Shown here: piece after piece, positions 54,328 to 64,000 of the stretch
Position numbering within the stretch: position 1 is the stretch's first letter
How the letters are laid out: each line of letters starts with the position of its first letter
Source of the DNA: Thermodesulfobacteriota bacterium
GTDB taxonomy: Bacteria; Desulfobacterota; Binatia; HRBIN30; CADEER01
Assembly: GCA_041743795.1 (NCBI GenBank)
Contig: JBGTMF010000623.1
Span: forward strand, 11,851-75,850
Direction: 5' to 3'
DNA length: 64,000 nucleotides
The notes under the pieces: model-generated
Seen by the model: the letters and a program-made list of their open reading frames with translations, nothing else
Databases searched by the model: none
Told to the model about the DNA's origin: nothing
Position numbers and translations under genes: made by a program

Positions 54328-57009
54328 TCACTGAGTCTCGCTGTCACGGTGGAGAATCGAGGTTCGGCGGGATTGCGCGCCCTGTGAGTTGAGGCGACGA
54401 AGGGCGATGTCGGTGAAAAACGCGGCCATTGCCATCGGGATCAGCCAACCCGCGAGCGGATACGAGGCGGTGCGACCACCGACCGGGCGGTCGAGGACGT
54501 CGCGGACGGTTGGGTTCAACTTGCCACCGGTACGCGTCGCCAGCTGGCGAAGCAGTGTCGTGTTGTCGCCGCCATGATCGAACTCTTTCCGTTCCTCGTC
54601 GAACTGTGCCGGCACGGCTACGACTGTGTCGATCTCGCGCGGCGACCCGTCGGCGCGCATTCGAAGCCGCAGCGGATAACGACCTGGCGACAGTGGGATG
54701 GTGCGCGCCTCGAAGTCGGTGGGGCCGATCGGGTTGAAATCGACGTCGATTCGCGTGCCGGCGGCGTCGAGGACAGCGGAGACATTGCCACTGGGAGCAA
54801 TGTGGCGAAAACTGCGCGCGGACAAGACCGTCGCGTGGCGGTGGCGAACGGCTTCGACGACCAGATCGTCGTCGCTCTCGCGCCGAGCCGCCCAGAATGC
54901 AAGCTGCGACCAGAAGCGAGAGAACCCCGTCCAGGACGGCCAGCCCTCGGCGTCTTCGCCCGGGCTGGCAGTGAAGGCGCCGACGCGCCCCAGGCCGTAC
55001 CGCCACACGCTGAGGATCGGATCTCTCCGTTCCGCGCGAGTGACGTGCAGGAGCGTTTCACTGGAAGGTCGGGGTTTGCTGAACGCGTAGTCCCGCAGGG
55101 GCGGAATCTCTCCCTCGTCTGTTCCGACAAGTAGCTGGTGCTGCACGCCGATCGCGGGAAAGTACTGATCGGTGCTGGGAGAGAGAGGCTGCAGCGCGCG
55201 CGAGGTGTCGCGCAGCATCAGGTCGGGCAGCATCTGCACGTTCTCGACGTGGTGAAACGTTCCGCCCGTGCTTTGCGAGATATCTTGCAAGAGCTTCAGG
55301 TTGACCGTGTTGTCGCCGATGCGAATGGTGGTAACGCTGATGCCATCGCGGGCGAGTTTCGCAGTCAGCTTTCGATACTCCCCGCGATCGGCGCGGTTGG
55401 TGTCGCCGTCGGTCAGCAGGACGATGTGTTTTCGCGCTACCCGCGACTTTGCGAGTTGATCGCCGGCGGAGACCATGGCGTCGAAGAAATCCGTGCCTCC
55501 ACTCTCGACGATGCGGGGGAGAGCGTCGAGGAGTCTTTGCCGGTTCGCCTTGAGGGGACGCAGCGGGGCGATCTCGTGTGGACGCGCGTCGAAGGCGATG
55601 ACGCCTACGCGGTCGTGGTCTCGCAGCTGTTGGACGACCGCCACTCCCGCCTTGATCGCGTAGCGAAGCTTCTCGCCGTCGCGTAGGGTTCCAATGCGGC
55701 TGTTGAATCCCATGCTGTTCGAGCGATCGATGACGAGGAAGAGCGCAAGCGGGTCGCGTTTTCCCGGTCGCGGGCGGTGCGGTTCGAGGCTGATCGGCAG
55801 CACCTTCTCGATCTCGGTACCGTGGAAGGCGCGATCGCCGAACGACGCGCGTCCACCGACGAACAGCAGGCCGCCGCCGTGAATCCGAAGGAATTGCTCG
55901 AGAGCCGACGCGGCGCGGGAACTCACGTCGGCGGCGCGCGGGTCTTCCAATACGACCAGGTGCACATGCGAGTACCCGCTCGGAGCGACGGGCAACTGAG
56001 AGGGGCGAATTCGTTGCAAGAGGACTCCCCGTGCCTCGAGTGCCTCGGCGAGTGCCGAGTAACGGCGATTCGTCGCCAGGAGAACGTGTGTGTCGGCGCG
56101 AACGGTGAGGGATCGTTCGCGCGAACGAAGGGCGACTGTTGCGTCGCCGTCGCCGTCTAGGACTACCTCGGCGCGGATGACGTGACCGCCTGGGGCGGGG
56201 ATGGAAAGGAGGAAGTCGAAGGTGTTGAGGCCGGCTGCGAGTTCGACGGCGACGCTGTCGGTGATGCGATTGTCGAGGTAGAGATTCAGCACCGCGGGAT
56301 GAGCGCCGCGACCGTTTCTGATCACGACGCGAAGCGGAACGGGTCGCTCGGGCGCGGCGATCGCCGGAGCGGTGAGCCGAGCGATCCGCACCGCGGCCTC
56401 GACTGGTTGCGCCGGTGATACGGCATCGATGCGCACAGCCAGAGCGCGCAGAGTTTCGATCCGGCGTTTGCTGTCGCCGGTTGTTTCATTCCCATCGCTC
56501 AGAAGCAGGAGCGATTTTTGCGACGCCGCCGGGAAGAGGCCCATCGCCTGGTCGATGGCCGCGGCAATGTTCGTCCCCGCCGCCTCGCCCGACCGCTCAA
56601 TGCTCTCGATGTCGTGCTCCTCGGCTGCGATCGACTGGATTGCCGGCGAATCGGCAAATGTGAGGACGGACAGCCGATCCCCTGGTGCCAGGGAAGATCG
56701 CAGCGAATGGAGAAAACGTCGCGACCACTCGATTCCCGCGTCGCTGATACTGCTGGAAACGTCTACCGCAGCGACGATCGACAACTCCTTGGATGGCAGC
56801 GATGTCGTAAGACTGAGCCCGGCAAGGCTGGCGACGATGCAGGCAACCGCCGCCGCGCGCAGCGCCGCCACCCGCCGACCTGCCGCGTCAATCGGCACCA
56901 GGAAAAACAGCGCGGCGGCGGCGAGAAGCAGCAGGAAGAGAGGCTTCTCCGCGGCCAACCCGAGCGACGTCGGGTGGGCCAGAAGATAAGAGAGCGGTAC
57001 GCTATCCAT
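54328..57009 (-). CDS. Large VWA-domain membrane protein (BatB-like)
   Basis: N-terminal TM helices. VWA MIDAS motifs (DVSSSIS; VIDRSNSMGF...GGTDFFDA...VLLTDGD). 893 aa. Overlaps the upstream BatA-like gene by 8 nt. Confidence 0.75.
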   Translation of the reverse strand: MDSVPLSYLLAHPTSLGLAAEKPLFLLLLAAAALFFLVPIDAAGRRVAALRAAAVACIVASLAGLSLTTSLPSKELSIVAAVDVSSSISDAGIEWSRRFLHSLRSSLAPGDRLSVLTFADSPAIQSIAAEEHDIESIERSGEAAGTNIAAAIDQAMGLFPAASQKSLLLLSDGNETTGDSKRRIETLRALAVRIDAVSPAQPVEAAVRIARLTAPAIAAPERPVPLRVVIRNGRGAHPAVLNLYLDNRITDSVAVELAAGLNTFDFLLSIPAPGGHVIRAEVVLDGDGDATVALRSRERSLTVRADTHVLLATNRRYSALAEALEARGVLLQRIRPSQLPVAPSGYSHVHLVVLEDPRAADVSSRAASALEQFLRIHGGGLLFVGGRASFGDRAFHGTEIEKVLPISLEPHRPRPGKRDPLALFLVIDRSNSMGFNSRIGTLRDGEKLRYAIKAGVAVVQQLRDHDRVGVIAFDARPHEIAPLRPLKANRQRLLDALPRIVESGGTDFFDAMVSAGDQLAKSRVARKHIVLLTDGDTNRADRGEYRKLTAKLARDGISVTTIRIGDNTVNLKLLQDISQSTGGTFHHVENVQMLPDLMLRDTSRALQPLSPSTDQYFPAIGVQHQLLVGTDEGEIPPLRDYAFSKPRPSSETLLHVTRAERRDPILSVWRYGLGRVGAFTASPGEDAEGWPSWTGFSRFWSQLAFWAARRESDDDLVVEAVRHRHATVLSARSFRHIAPSGNVSAVLDAAGTRIDVDFNPIGPTDFEARTIPLSPGRYPLRLRMRADGSPREIDTVVAVPAQFDEERKEFDHGGDNTTLLRQLATRTGGKLNPTVRDVLDRPVGGRTASYPLAGWLIPMAMAAFFTDIALRRLNSQGAQSRRTSILHRDSETQ

Positions 57010-58849
57010 CGGCGGGAACTCGCGACGCCGCCAGCCACTCCGCGATCAGGAGAAGGACGGCTGAAAGATAGAGAAACGGGGGCAGCTTGCCGGTAACGGC
57101 TGCCGAAGTGGTGGCGCCGGGTTCGAGTTCGGCGCGGTGCGCGACCGACGGCGGGCGGCCGATGTCCGATTCGTTGGCGTCTTGGAAATTGGCGAATAGC
57201 AGCACCGGGGCTTGCCCTGGACTGTGCAGTTCGTATGTGCCGGCGTGATCGAACGGCAGCGATCTGCGGGACTCCCCGGAAAGGTCGACGTCTCGACCGC
57301 GCGGATCGATGACCCTCGAGACCGTTGCGGGGATATCATCGAGGTTCAACGACTCGCCGGTTCGCACCACCCGGAGCCAATCGGCCTCAGCGGTCAACCA
57401 GTCGAGCAGATTGAGGAAGAGGAGCAAGTTGGTCTCGCTGTTGGTCGGCAGCAATCCCTCCTCAGCCAGGTCGGGCGCGACGATAGCGGCGCGATGCGAG
57501 CCGGCGCGCCCTGCCACGAGGAGTGGAACTTCACGCCCACCGACCAGGCCGGTAAGTACCGTTTCGCCCCAGGAGGGTACTGTGACCGGACGCACACCCC
57601 GGAACGTATGAAAGAGCTGCGGGTCGATACCGCGCAACGCGGCGTGATCATCCCGCCAGTCGACGACCTCGACACGGTTGTATACGTCGCCCTCGCCTGG
57701 AACATCAGCACCGTCCTTCGGGGCGATCAGCAGGGTCGGTCGATCGGGTAGATCGGCAACGGCAGTGCGGTGCAGGATCACCAGGTCGACGTCCTTACCC
57801 CCGCCGCCGTCCTCCCACTGCTCAACAGACATAGTTCCCGAAGCGTCGGCAATCCGTTCCAGCGCCCCTCTCAACTCCGGGTGCGAGGACGCCAGGGCGA
57901 TCCGCAATTGGCGTGTCGGCGGAATAAACGAGCGCCAACGATCGTCAACGGCCAGGGCGCCGCCGTCCTGCAACGACGCTTCGAACAACCCCGGTCCTGT
58001 CAGCCCGGAAAATTGGAATCTCTGTTCCGAGCGAGGTTTCGCAGTGAAGAGTTCGGTGGCCGCCACCTGGCCGTCGACGGAGACCGACAGCGATGCGTGT
58101 TTGTCGTCGCGGCCGAAGTTTCGCACGATGACGTGGACGACTGGATTACGGTCGCTGCCGAGAATCGCGCTGCTGGTCTCGACGCCGACGATCGCCAAGT
58201 TGTCGCCCGTCGCGCCGAACGGCCACCAGTGCATGTCCTTGCGCCATCGCTCCTCGACCGAGTTGCGCGGGACGTCGGTGAGTACGTGGATTTCAACCGG
58301 TTCGTCCGCCTGCATTGCCAGGCGTCGGGCCGTGGCCAGCGCAGGTTCGAGGTTGCTCGCCACGTCCCTCGTCTCGAGATCTCTGACGACAGTGATGAGA
58401 GACTCCCGGTCCTCGGAGTACGGTGCTACGACGACCGGCTCGCGCGCGGCGGCAATCACCATGAAGCGAGTGTCGCCACTCGACGATTCGATGATCCGCA
58501 CCGCCTCGGCTTGCGCCAGCTCGAACCGCCTGCCGGCGGGCTCTAACGCTTGCATACTTGCGGACGCATCGAGCACGAGGATGGCGTTCCTCGCCGAGCT
58601 GTCTTGCAGCGAGCCGTGAAGGCGGGGATCCGCCAGTCCCAGGATGAGGGCGGCGAGACCTGCCAATTGCAGCCAGAAGAGCAGATCTGGTTGGAATCGT
58701 GTGCGACGGACGACGGCCTCTGGAACCACGTCCCAGAACATCAGCGATGGCACAGCGATCCGTTGGCGGTTGCGTTGCCACAGATAGAGTATGATCAGCC
58801 CGGCGACGAAAACGGAAAAGGCCAGCGCTGCCGGATTGGCGAAACTCAT
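57002..58849 (-). CDS. BatA-like VWA protein with N-terminal double-TM aerotolerance domain
   Basis: MSFANPAALAFSVFVAGLIILYLWQRNRQR...LLFWLQLAGLAALILGL, then VWA (ILVLDASASM). Confidence 0.75.
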   Translation of the reverse strand: MSFANPAALAFSVFVAGLIILYLWQRNRQRIAVPSLMFWDVVPEAVVRRTRFQPDLLFWLQLAGLAALILGLADPRLHGSLQDSSARNAILVLDASASMQALEPAGRRFELAQAEAVRIIESSSGDTRFMVIAAAREPVVVAPYSEDRESLITVVRDLETRDVASNLEPALATARRLAMQADEPVEIHVLTDVPRNSVEERWRKDMHWWPFGATGDNLAIVGVETSSAILGSDRNPVVHVIVRNFGRDDKHASLSVSVDGQVAATELFTAKPRSEQRFQFSGLTGPGLFEASLQDGGALAVDDRWRSFIPPTRQLRIALASSHPELRGALERIADASGTMSVEQWEDGGGGKDVDLVILHRTAVADLPDRPTLLIAPKDGADVPGEGDVYNRVEVVDWRDDHAALRGIDPQLFHTFRGVRPVTVPSWGETVLTGLVGGREVPLLVAGRAGSHRAAIVAPDLAEEGLLPTNSETNLLLFLNLLDWLTAEADWLRVVRTGESLNLDDIPATVSRVIDPRGRDVDLSGESRRSLPFDHAGTYELHSPGQAPVLLFANFQDANESDIGRPPSVAHRAELEPGATTSAAVTGKLPPFLYLSAVLLLIAEWLAASRVPADG

Positions 58850-58874
58850 GGTTGTTCTGGGGATTCTCCGTTCG

Positions 58875-59807
58875 TCAACGAAGGATTCCCGCGCGTGGAA
58901 GGCGATCGATCATGGCGACGCTGGGAGGCTGGCTCGTGTCGACGACGCAGACCGGAATTGCGTTTGCGGCGCACCATCCGCTCAGGACTTCGTTGTGATC
59001 CTCCAAGGCGCGGAGATAGCGGGCGCGATTCTGCAGGGTCAGGTCGATGATCCGATCGCGTCCGGTTTCTACGTCATAGAGACGGAGGCGACCCGTGCGG
59101 AGAGTTGGATCGCGATCTTGCCTTCCCAGCACTCGGATGGCGGCAACCGCATACCCGCCTGCCTGCAGGCGCCGCAGGGCGCGCTGGTAGTTCTCGGCCG
59201 GGACGAAGAAGTCGGAGATGACGATGGCGATCCCCGGCAGCCGCGTCAGTCGCAGATACCCGTCGATACCGCGCTCGAGATCCGTCGTCCCTGACGGTGG
59301 CCTGGCGGTGATTCCGTCGACGACCATTTGCAACCGATTGGGGTGTCGCAACAGCGGTGCTATCTGCTGCGTCCCCAATTGGTCCATCGTCGCCACCCGC
59401 ACCGGATCGCGGTTGCGCAGCGATACATAGGCGAGACAGGTAGCGATCGCCACCGCGGCGTACGGCTTCTCGTCTTCGGGCGGAACCGCCATCGAAGCGC
59501 TGTGGTCGACCAGGATGTGCAGCGGCGCCTCGCGTTCGGCGCGGAACGTCTTGACCAGCGTGGTATCCTGACGCGCCAGGGCGATCCAGTCGATGTGGCG
59601 CAGATCGTCGCCTGGAACGTAGGGGCGTTGTTTCGAGAACTCCAAGCCACTGTCTTGGGTCGCCGACGAGACGGGGTTGTTGCCAGGGTGCAGAGTAGTG
59701 CCGCGGCGCACGTGAATGCGCATCCGATCGAGCCTGCAGAGGAACGCTGGACTGCTCGCTTTGCTCCAACGGTCCGCCGTCTCAGCGGTGGAGGCGCTTG
59801 GCGGCAT
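58875..59807 (-). CDS. DUF58-family protein
   Basis: GDDLRHIDWIALARQDTTLVKTFRAEREAPLHILVDHSASM is the DUF58 signature. Start is chosen inside the listed ORF because its 5' end overlaps moxR. Confidence 0.7.
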   Translation of the reverse strand: MPPSASTAETADRWSKASSPAFLCRLDRMRIHVRRGTTLHPGNNPVSSATQDSGLEFSKQRPYVPGDDLRHIDWIALARQDTTLVKTFRAEREAPLHILVDHSASMAVPPEDEKPYAAVAIATCLAYVSLRNRDPVRVATMDQLGTQQIAPLLRHPNRLQMVVDGITARPPSGTTDLERGIDGYLRLTRLPGIAIVISDFFVPAENYQRALRRLQAGGYAVAAIRVLGRQDRDPTLRTGRLRLYDVETGRDRIIDLTLQNRARYLRALEDHNEVLSGWCAANAIPVCVVDTSQPPSVAMIDRLPRAGILR

Positions 59808-60828
59808 CGAGCACACTTCCAATGAGCGCTCGCGGATCAACTCCTTCCGCCTGGGCGGAGAAGTTGAGGACGAGACGGTGATTGAGGGCGGAAACCGCGA
59901 CCGAATCGATGTCGCCGTGAGTGACGTTGACGCGGCCATCGAGAAGGGCGCGGACCTTTGCGCCTAGCAGCAACGCCTGGCCTCCGCGCGGACTCGAACC
60001 AAACGACACATATCGCCGAACCTGGTCGTTGGCGGGGAGGACGGACTTCCCCGTCGGTGCGTACTTCGAATCGTCCGGTACGGTGGCGCGAACCAGCGCC
60101 GCGGCGTATTCCTCGAGGTGTGGAGCGACGAGGACTTCGCGCACGAGTCGCTTCATCTCTTCGATTCGCGTCGCCGCCACGCGCTCTTCCAGCACGGGAT
60201 CGACCGTCGGCAGGTCGGCGCGCGTGGTGGAACTGAGAATCTGTCGCATTTCGTCAGCGGTGGGATACGGCAGATAGATCTTGAAGAGAAAACGATCGAG
60301 CTGTGCCTCTGGCAGCGGGTAGGTTCCTTCCATCTCGATCGGGTTCAAGGTGGCGAGCACGAAGAAGGGGAGATCGAGGGCGAACGTCGACCCGCCCGAG
60401 GTGACCTGGTTTTCCGCCATTGCTTCGAGGAGAGCGGACTGCGTTTTTGGGGTTGCGCGATTGATCTCGTCGGCGAGCAGTACGTTTGTGAAGATCGGCC
60501 CCGGCGTGAAGACCAACTCCCGCCGCCCGTCTTGTTCGAAGAGCATGCGGGTGCCGGTGACGTCGGCGGGGAGCACGTCGACGGTGAATTGAATCCGGTT
60601 GAACGGCAGGTTGAGCGCCTCCGCCATGGTGCGTACTAGCAGCGTCTTTCCCGTCCCGGGAACTCCTTCGAGCAGCACGTGTCCGCCGGCAAACAGCGCG
60701 ATGAGAATCTGCTCGATGACGTCCTGATGGCCGACGACGACGCGACCGATCTGGTGACGGATCTGGTCGAAGGTCGTCTGGAACTGGCTGACGGGGTTTT
60801 CTTTGGTTCGCGGCCGAGGCGCAGTCAT
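59782..60828 (-). CDS. MoxR-family AAA+ ATPase
   Basis: VVVGHQDVIEQILIALFAGGHVLLEGVPGTGKTLL Walker A, LLADEINRATPKTQSALLEAM Walker B/sensor region. Confidence 0.9.
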   Translation of the reverse strand: MTAPRPRTKENPVSQFQTTFDQIRHQIGRVVVGHQDVIEQILIALFAGGHVLLEGVPGTGKTLLVRTMAEALNLPFNRIQFTVDVLPADVTGTRMLFEQDGRRELVFTPGPIFTNVLLADEINRATPKTQSALLEAMAENQVTSGGSTFALDLPFFVLATLNPIEMEGTYPLPEAQLDRFLFKIYLPYPTADEMRQILSSTTRADLPTVDPVLEERVAATRIEEMKRLVREVLVAPHLEEYAAALVRATVPDDSKYAPTGKSVLPANDQVRRYVSFGSSPRGGQALLLGAKVRALLDGRVNVTHGDIDSVAVSALNHRLVLNFSAQAEGVDPRALIGSVLDAAKRLHR

Positions 60829-60906
60829 AGATGCCTATCTTCTGGCGTGGCGGATCGGATCCACGCGCGACGGCGGCACGATACCATTCGATCAACCGCG
60901 GGGACA

Positions 60907-62436
60907 CTACTCGCCGGTCGGCGTGAACATATCGCGCAGGAACGCCTGATGGACACGCGAGACGAATGATCGTTGCAGCATCCAGTCCTCGGCTTGGGTC
61001 GCCGCGATGGGTACCTGTTCCTCGGCTGCCGCGCTCGCCTCACCGCCCGCGGTGCCTTTGCCGACGCCTTGCGACTCCAAGCGATCGATCGGGTTGGTCG
61101 CGAACGCGTTGAGTTGGATCACCATAGGCTGCGCCTCATCCGACTGGGTCGTCGGCGCGATGCCCGGCTGCCGTAGCAAGCTCTCGCTGCCGCCGTCCTT
61201 TCCCTTCATCGGGTTGTTTGTCGCCGACTTCGAACCGCCAGGCCCGACGGGTGAAACGCCCGACGGCGGCGGATTGCTCACATCGCTCTTCACGTCGTCC
61301 GCGGTCTGTGCCCCTTCCCCTCGATCGCGGCTGCTCGTATCCGCGGAAGGTTTCTCGGCTAGGCCGGCCGGCTGTGCCGCGGCCGGTTGCGGCGCTTGAT
61401 CGCGCCGGCGCGACTTTGCCCGAGGCGGTGGGGTGTCGCTGGAACCGCGGGTAGCGCCGCGGTCCTGTGAAGCCAGGTCTGGATTCGTCCCGCCCTCGCT
61501 GTCGGGTTGCCCCGCCGCTGGCTCGTCCTCGCCGCCGCTACCGGATCGTCGGCTGGGATCTTGATCGGCACCACCCGGCTCGCCTTGTGCGTCAGCGGCG
61601 CGGTTGCGGCCGGATTGTTCCTCCGATGCTTCGCTCGCGTCGTTGTCTCCCGGCTGCCCCCCGTTTTCAGCGCCGGTGAGATCTGGGTGCTGCGCGTCCT
61701 CTCCGCCGTTGTCTCCCCGCCGCTCTGCGCCCTCGCGCTTGGGCTGCCCAAGTGGGGAACTCTCGGCCTGCAGCGCGCGAGCCGATGCGCCCGATCCATT
61801 CCGGCGCTGCGACGGGGAGTCCGTCGCAGCGAGGCGAAGCGGCGAAACGCCGTCGCTCGAATTGTCTCCTGCGTCCCCGTCGTGCGTGGCGCTTGTGGCG
61901 ACCCTCCCGGGGCCGTGCGGCGGCGGGTCTTTCTGCCGCGGCGGAGCAAGGAGAAGGGCTGTGGCGAACACCGCCACAGCTGCTGCGCAGGCGAGCATCG
62001 GGCGCCCGATGCGCCACGGCGCGACCTTGTCGACGTCCCAACTCGATGAGTGTTCGAAGATCTGCCAGAGAAGGATTGGTCGCAGTGGTGACGTTGCGTC
62101 CGCCTGCGGATGCGCCAGCAAGGTAGCAACGCGGGCGTCCATCGACGCGCAGCGGTCGACATGGATGGCGGTTCCTTGCAGATCCAGCCACCTCCCGCGC
62201 AACCGCCAAATCGACACGGCGATCGCCGCGACGGCAGCGGCTAGCGCTGCGCGGTACACCCAGGTGAAGAACTCCTCCGAGAGAGCCGCCGCCGCGACCA
62301 GCGACAGGGTGCCCGCCAGCAGAAGGCAAGCCGCGCTGATGCACAGTGCTTCCACGAGCGAGTGGAGATTGACCCGCCGCCGAATTCGCTTGAGGCGCGC
62401 CTCGAACTCTGAAAATCCAACTGTGATTGCCGGCAT
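60907..62436 (-). CDS. Membrane protein with long acidic/Gly/Pro-rich disordered region, upstream of moxR
   Basis: Internal ATG (MPAITVGF...). Two TM helices. ~250 aa of low-complexity D/E/G/P/S-rich sequence, then a more ordered C-terminus. The listed ORF extends further 5' but would overlap purB on the opposite strand. Confidence 0.45.
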   Translation of the reverse strand: MPAITVGFSEFEARLKRIRRRVNLHSLVEALCISAACLLLAGTLSLVAAAALSEEFFTWVYRAALAAAVAAIAVSIWRLRGRWLDLQGTAIHVDRCASMDARVATLLAHPQADATSPLRPILLWQIFEHSSSWDVDKVAPWRIGRPMLACAAAVAVFATALLLAPPRQKDPPPHGPGRVATSATHDGDAGDNSSDGVSPLRLAATDSPSQRRNGSGASARALQAESSPLGQPKREGAERRGDNGGEDAQHPDLTGAENGGQPGDNDASEASEEQSGRNRAADAQGEPGGADQDPSRRSGSGGEDEPAAGQPDSEGGTNPDLASQDRGATRGSSDTPPPRAKSRRRDQAPQPAAAQPAGLAEKPSADTSSRDRGEGAQTADDVKSDVSNPPPSGVSPVGPGGSKSATNNPMKGKDGGSESLLRQPGIAPTTQSDEAQPMVIQLNAFATNPIDRLESQGVGKGTAGGEASAAAEEQVPIAATQAEDWMLQRSFVSRVHQAFLRDMFTPTGE

Positions 62437-62607
62437 TCCGTGGATCCGCCGCCGCCCCGAGAGGAGGCGCCGCCTGCGGTGACGATAGGGAAGGACGCAG
62501 GCGTGGTCAACGCGCTGATCGGTGCGATCCTTGATCGCATGCCGAAGGCTGGCGATACTGCGGCTGCCTTGGAGGGCCTCGGTGTGAGCGATGAAGTGAT
62601 TCCGGAC

Positions 62608-64000
62608 GTGTTGGCGGATCGTTACGCCAGCGATGCGATCAAGTCCATTTGGTCCCCGCGCGCCAAGGTCCGTCTCGAGAGGGAACTTTGGATCTCCGTC
62701 ATGCGAGCTCAGCGTGCCTGCGGTGTCGAGATTCCTGAGGCGGCGATCGAGGCGTACGCCGCGGTCGCGGAACGAGTGGACCTCGCCAGTATTCGCGCTC
62801 GCGAACGCGTCACGCGTCACGACGTGAAAGCACGCATCGACGAATTCTGTTCGCTGGCTGGGTACGAGCACATCCACAAAGGCCTGACCAGCCGAGATCT
62901 GACGGAGAACGTCGAGCAGTTGCAGATACTGCGCTCGCTGCAGTTGTTTCGCGTCAAATACGCGGCTGCGTTGTCGCGCTTGGCGGACCGCGCAGCGGAG
63001 TATCGCGACGTCGCCATCACCGCGCGAACACACAACGTGCCGGCGCAGGTCACTACGGTAGGCAAACGGCTGGCGATGTTCGGTCAGGAAATGCTGTTGG
63101 CATTCGCCCGCCTCGAAAACCTACTTTCCAGCTATCCGTTCCGCGGACTCAAGGGCCCGGTGGGGACACAGCTCGATCTCGTCACCCTGCTCGACGGCGA
63201 TGCGGACGGCGCCGGACGGTTGGAGGAATCGATCGCCGAACGGCTGGGTTTTGCCAGCGTGCTGGGCAGCGTCGGACAGGTCTATCCGCGCAGCCTCGAT
63301 TTCGAGGTCGTATCGACGTTGTATCAGTTGGCCTCGGGGCCCAGCAGCTTCGCCAAGACGCTGCGCTTGATGGCTGGGCACGAACTCGCAAGCGAGGGAT
63401 TTCAGAAGGGGCAGGTTGGCTCATCCGCCATGCCGCACAAGATCAACTCCCGCAGCTGTGAGCGCATTGGCGGATTTCAATCCGTACTCAATGGGTACCT
63501 CAACATGGTCGCGGCCCTCGCCGGCGATCAGTGGAACGAAGGCGATGTCTCATGTTCGGTCGTCCGCCGGGTAGCGCTTCCCGGCAGCGTCTTTGCGACC
63601 GACGGGCTGCTCGAAACCTTTCTCACGGTCGTCCGTGAGATGGAGGTGATACCGGCGCGCGTCGATGCCGAACGCAGGCAGCAACTGCCATTTCTCGCAT
63701 CAACGACCATACTGATGGAGGCGGTTCGCCGCGGTGCCGGGCGCGAGACAGCGCACGAAGCCATCAAGGAACACTCGATCGCCGCGGCAATGGCGCTGCG
63801 CCAAGGCCAGGCGATGCCGACAGACCTGCTGGATCGTCTGGCGGCGGACGTACGATTGGGGCTGGCCCGCGAAGACCTGGAGGCGATTCTCGCGAATGAG
63901 CGTGGATTTACCGGAAACGCGGCGATCCAGACCGACACCTTCGTCGCGGCGGTGCGCCAACTGGTTGACGGTATTGCCGGCGCGGCACAGCTGGAGCCGG
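62608..64000 (+). CDS. purB: Adenylosuccinate lyase (Bacillus-type PurB), 3' end outside window
   Basis: VLADRYASDAIKSIWSPRAKVRLERELWISVMRAQ... resembles the [28 protein letters not shown] start of class-I PurB, with downstream GLTSRDLTENV and KGQVGSSAMPHKINS motifs. Absent from the ORF track because no stop falls in the window. Start could be GTG 62608, TTG 62611 or ATG 62539. Confidence 0.8.
   Translation, partial: MLADRYASDAIKSIWSPRAKVRLERELWISVMRAQRACGVEIPEAAIEAYAAVAERVDLASIRARERVTRHDVKARIDEFCSLAGYEHIHKGLTSRDLTENVEQLQILRSLQLFRVKYAAALSRLADRAAEYRDVAITARTHNVPAQVTTVGKRLAMFGQEMLLAFARLENLLSSYPFRGLKGPVGTQLDLVTLLDGDADGAGRLEESIAERLGFASVLGSVGQVYPRSLDFEVVSTLYQLASGPSSFAKTLRLMAGHELASEGFQKGQVGSSAMPHKINSRSCERIGGFQSVLNGYLNMVAALAGDQWNEGDVSCSVVRRVALPGSVFATDGLLETFLTVVREMEVIPARVDAERRQQLPFLASTTILMEAVRRGAGRETAHEAIKEHSIAAAMALRQGQAMPTDLLDRLAADVRLGLAREDLEAILANERGFTGNAAIQTDTFVAAVRQLVDGIAGAAQLEP

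Noticed and set aside
61359-62482. Multiple overlapping ORFs on both strands (267 aa, 292 aa, 225 aa) in the 61.3-62.5 kb low-complexity region
   Set aside because: All six frames are open across the Gly/Pro/Asp/Glu codon-repeat tract. Only the minus-strand frame continuous with the moxR-proximal C-terminal domain (60907-62436) was retained, at modest confidence.

Overview
High-GC (~65-68%) bacterial chromosomal segment, gene-dense, with no rRNA, tRNA, CRISPR or IS element that I could recognise. The gene order in the first quarter resembles the Myxococcus-type pil locus, so a Myxococcota-like origin is my inference from synteny only.

The first ~15 kb is a single co-directional minus-strand type IV pilus (T4aP) locus. 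In transcription order it reads pilB, pilT, pilC, a sigma54 activator, pilA, a pilG-position protein, an ABC ATPase, an ABC-2 permease, a GT-C glycosyltransferase, a GT2 glycosyltransferase, pilD, and four GspH/I/J/K-type minor pseudopilins. Three things in it look unusual:
- A two-enzyme lipid-carrier glycosylation pair (GT2 polyprenyl-phosphate sugar synthase plus GT-C/GT39-83-like membrane transferase) is translationally coupled into the operon between the ABC permease and pilD.
- PilA carries a 45-aa C-terminal extension past its disulfide loop in which 16 residues are Ser/Thr.
- The pilS/pilR position holds a single protein: six N-terminal TM helices, a PAS domain, a sigma54 AAA+ module and a Fis-type HTH, with no receiver domain. 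A perfect sigma54 -24/-12 promoter lies upstream of pilA and a strong intrinsic terminator downstream.

The remainder is housekeeping and accessory genes:
- aroE, ppdK, an alpha2-type glyRS, recO, grpE-dnaK-dnaJ.
- An LpoA/LppC-like TPR+PBP lipoprotein, thiL coupled to larB, a UbiB kinase, transaldolase, two acyl-CoA dehydrogenases.
- ilvE, a crotonase, trpF, a ClC channel, an amidase, an ECF-like sigma plus a Spy/CpxP-like protein.
- A MoxR-DUF58-BatA-VWA cluster and the 5' part of purB.

A second candidate novel module at 36.8-42.3 kb is an O-methyltransferase-like gene, a 1194-aa signal-less protein fusing a subtilisin (S8) domain to a thermolysin-like (HExxH...E) metallopeptidase domain, and a sulfotransferase. 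It is followed by a 166-bp nested-palindrome element ahead of a TTG-initiated CBS-pair gene. Many long antisense shadow ORFs in the six-frame track are artefacts of the high GC content.
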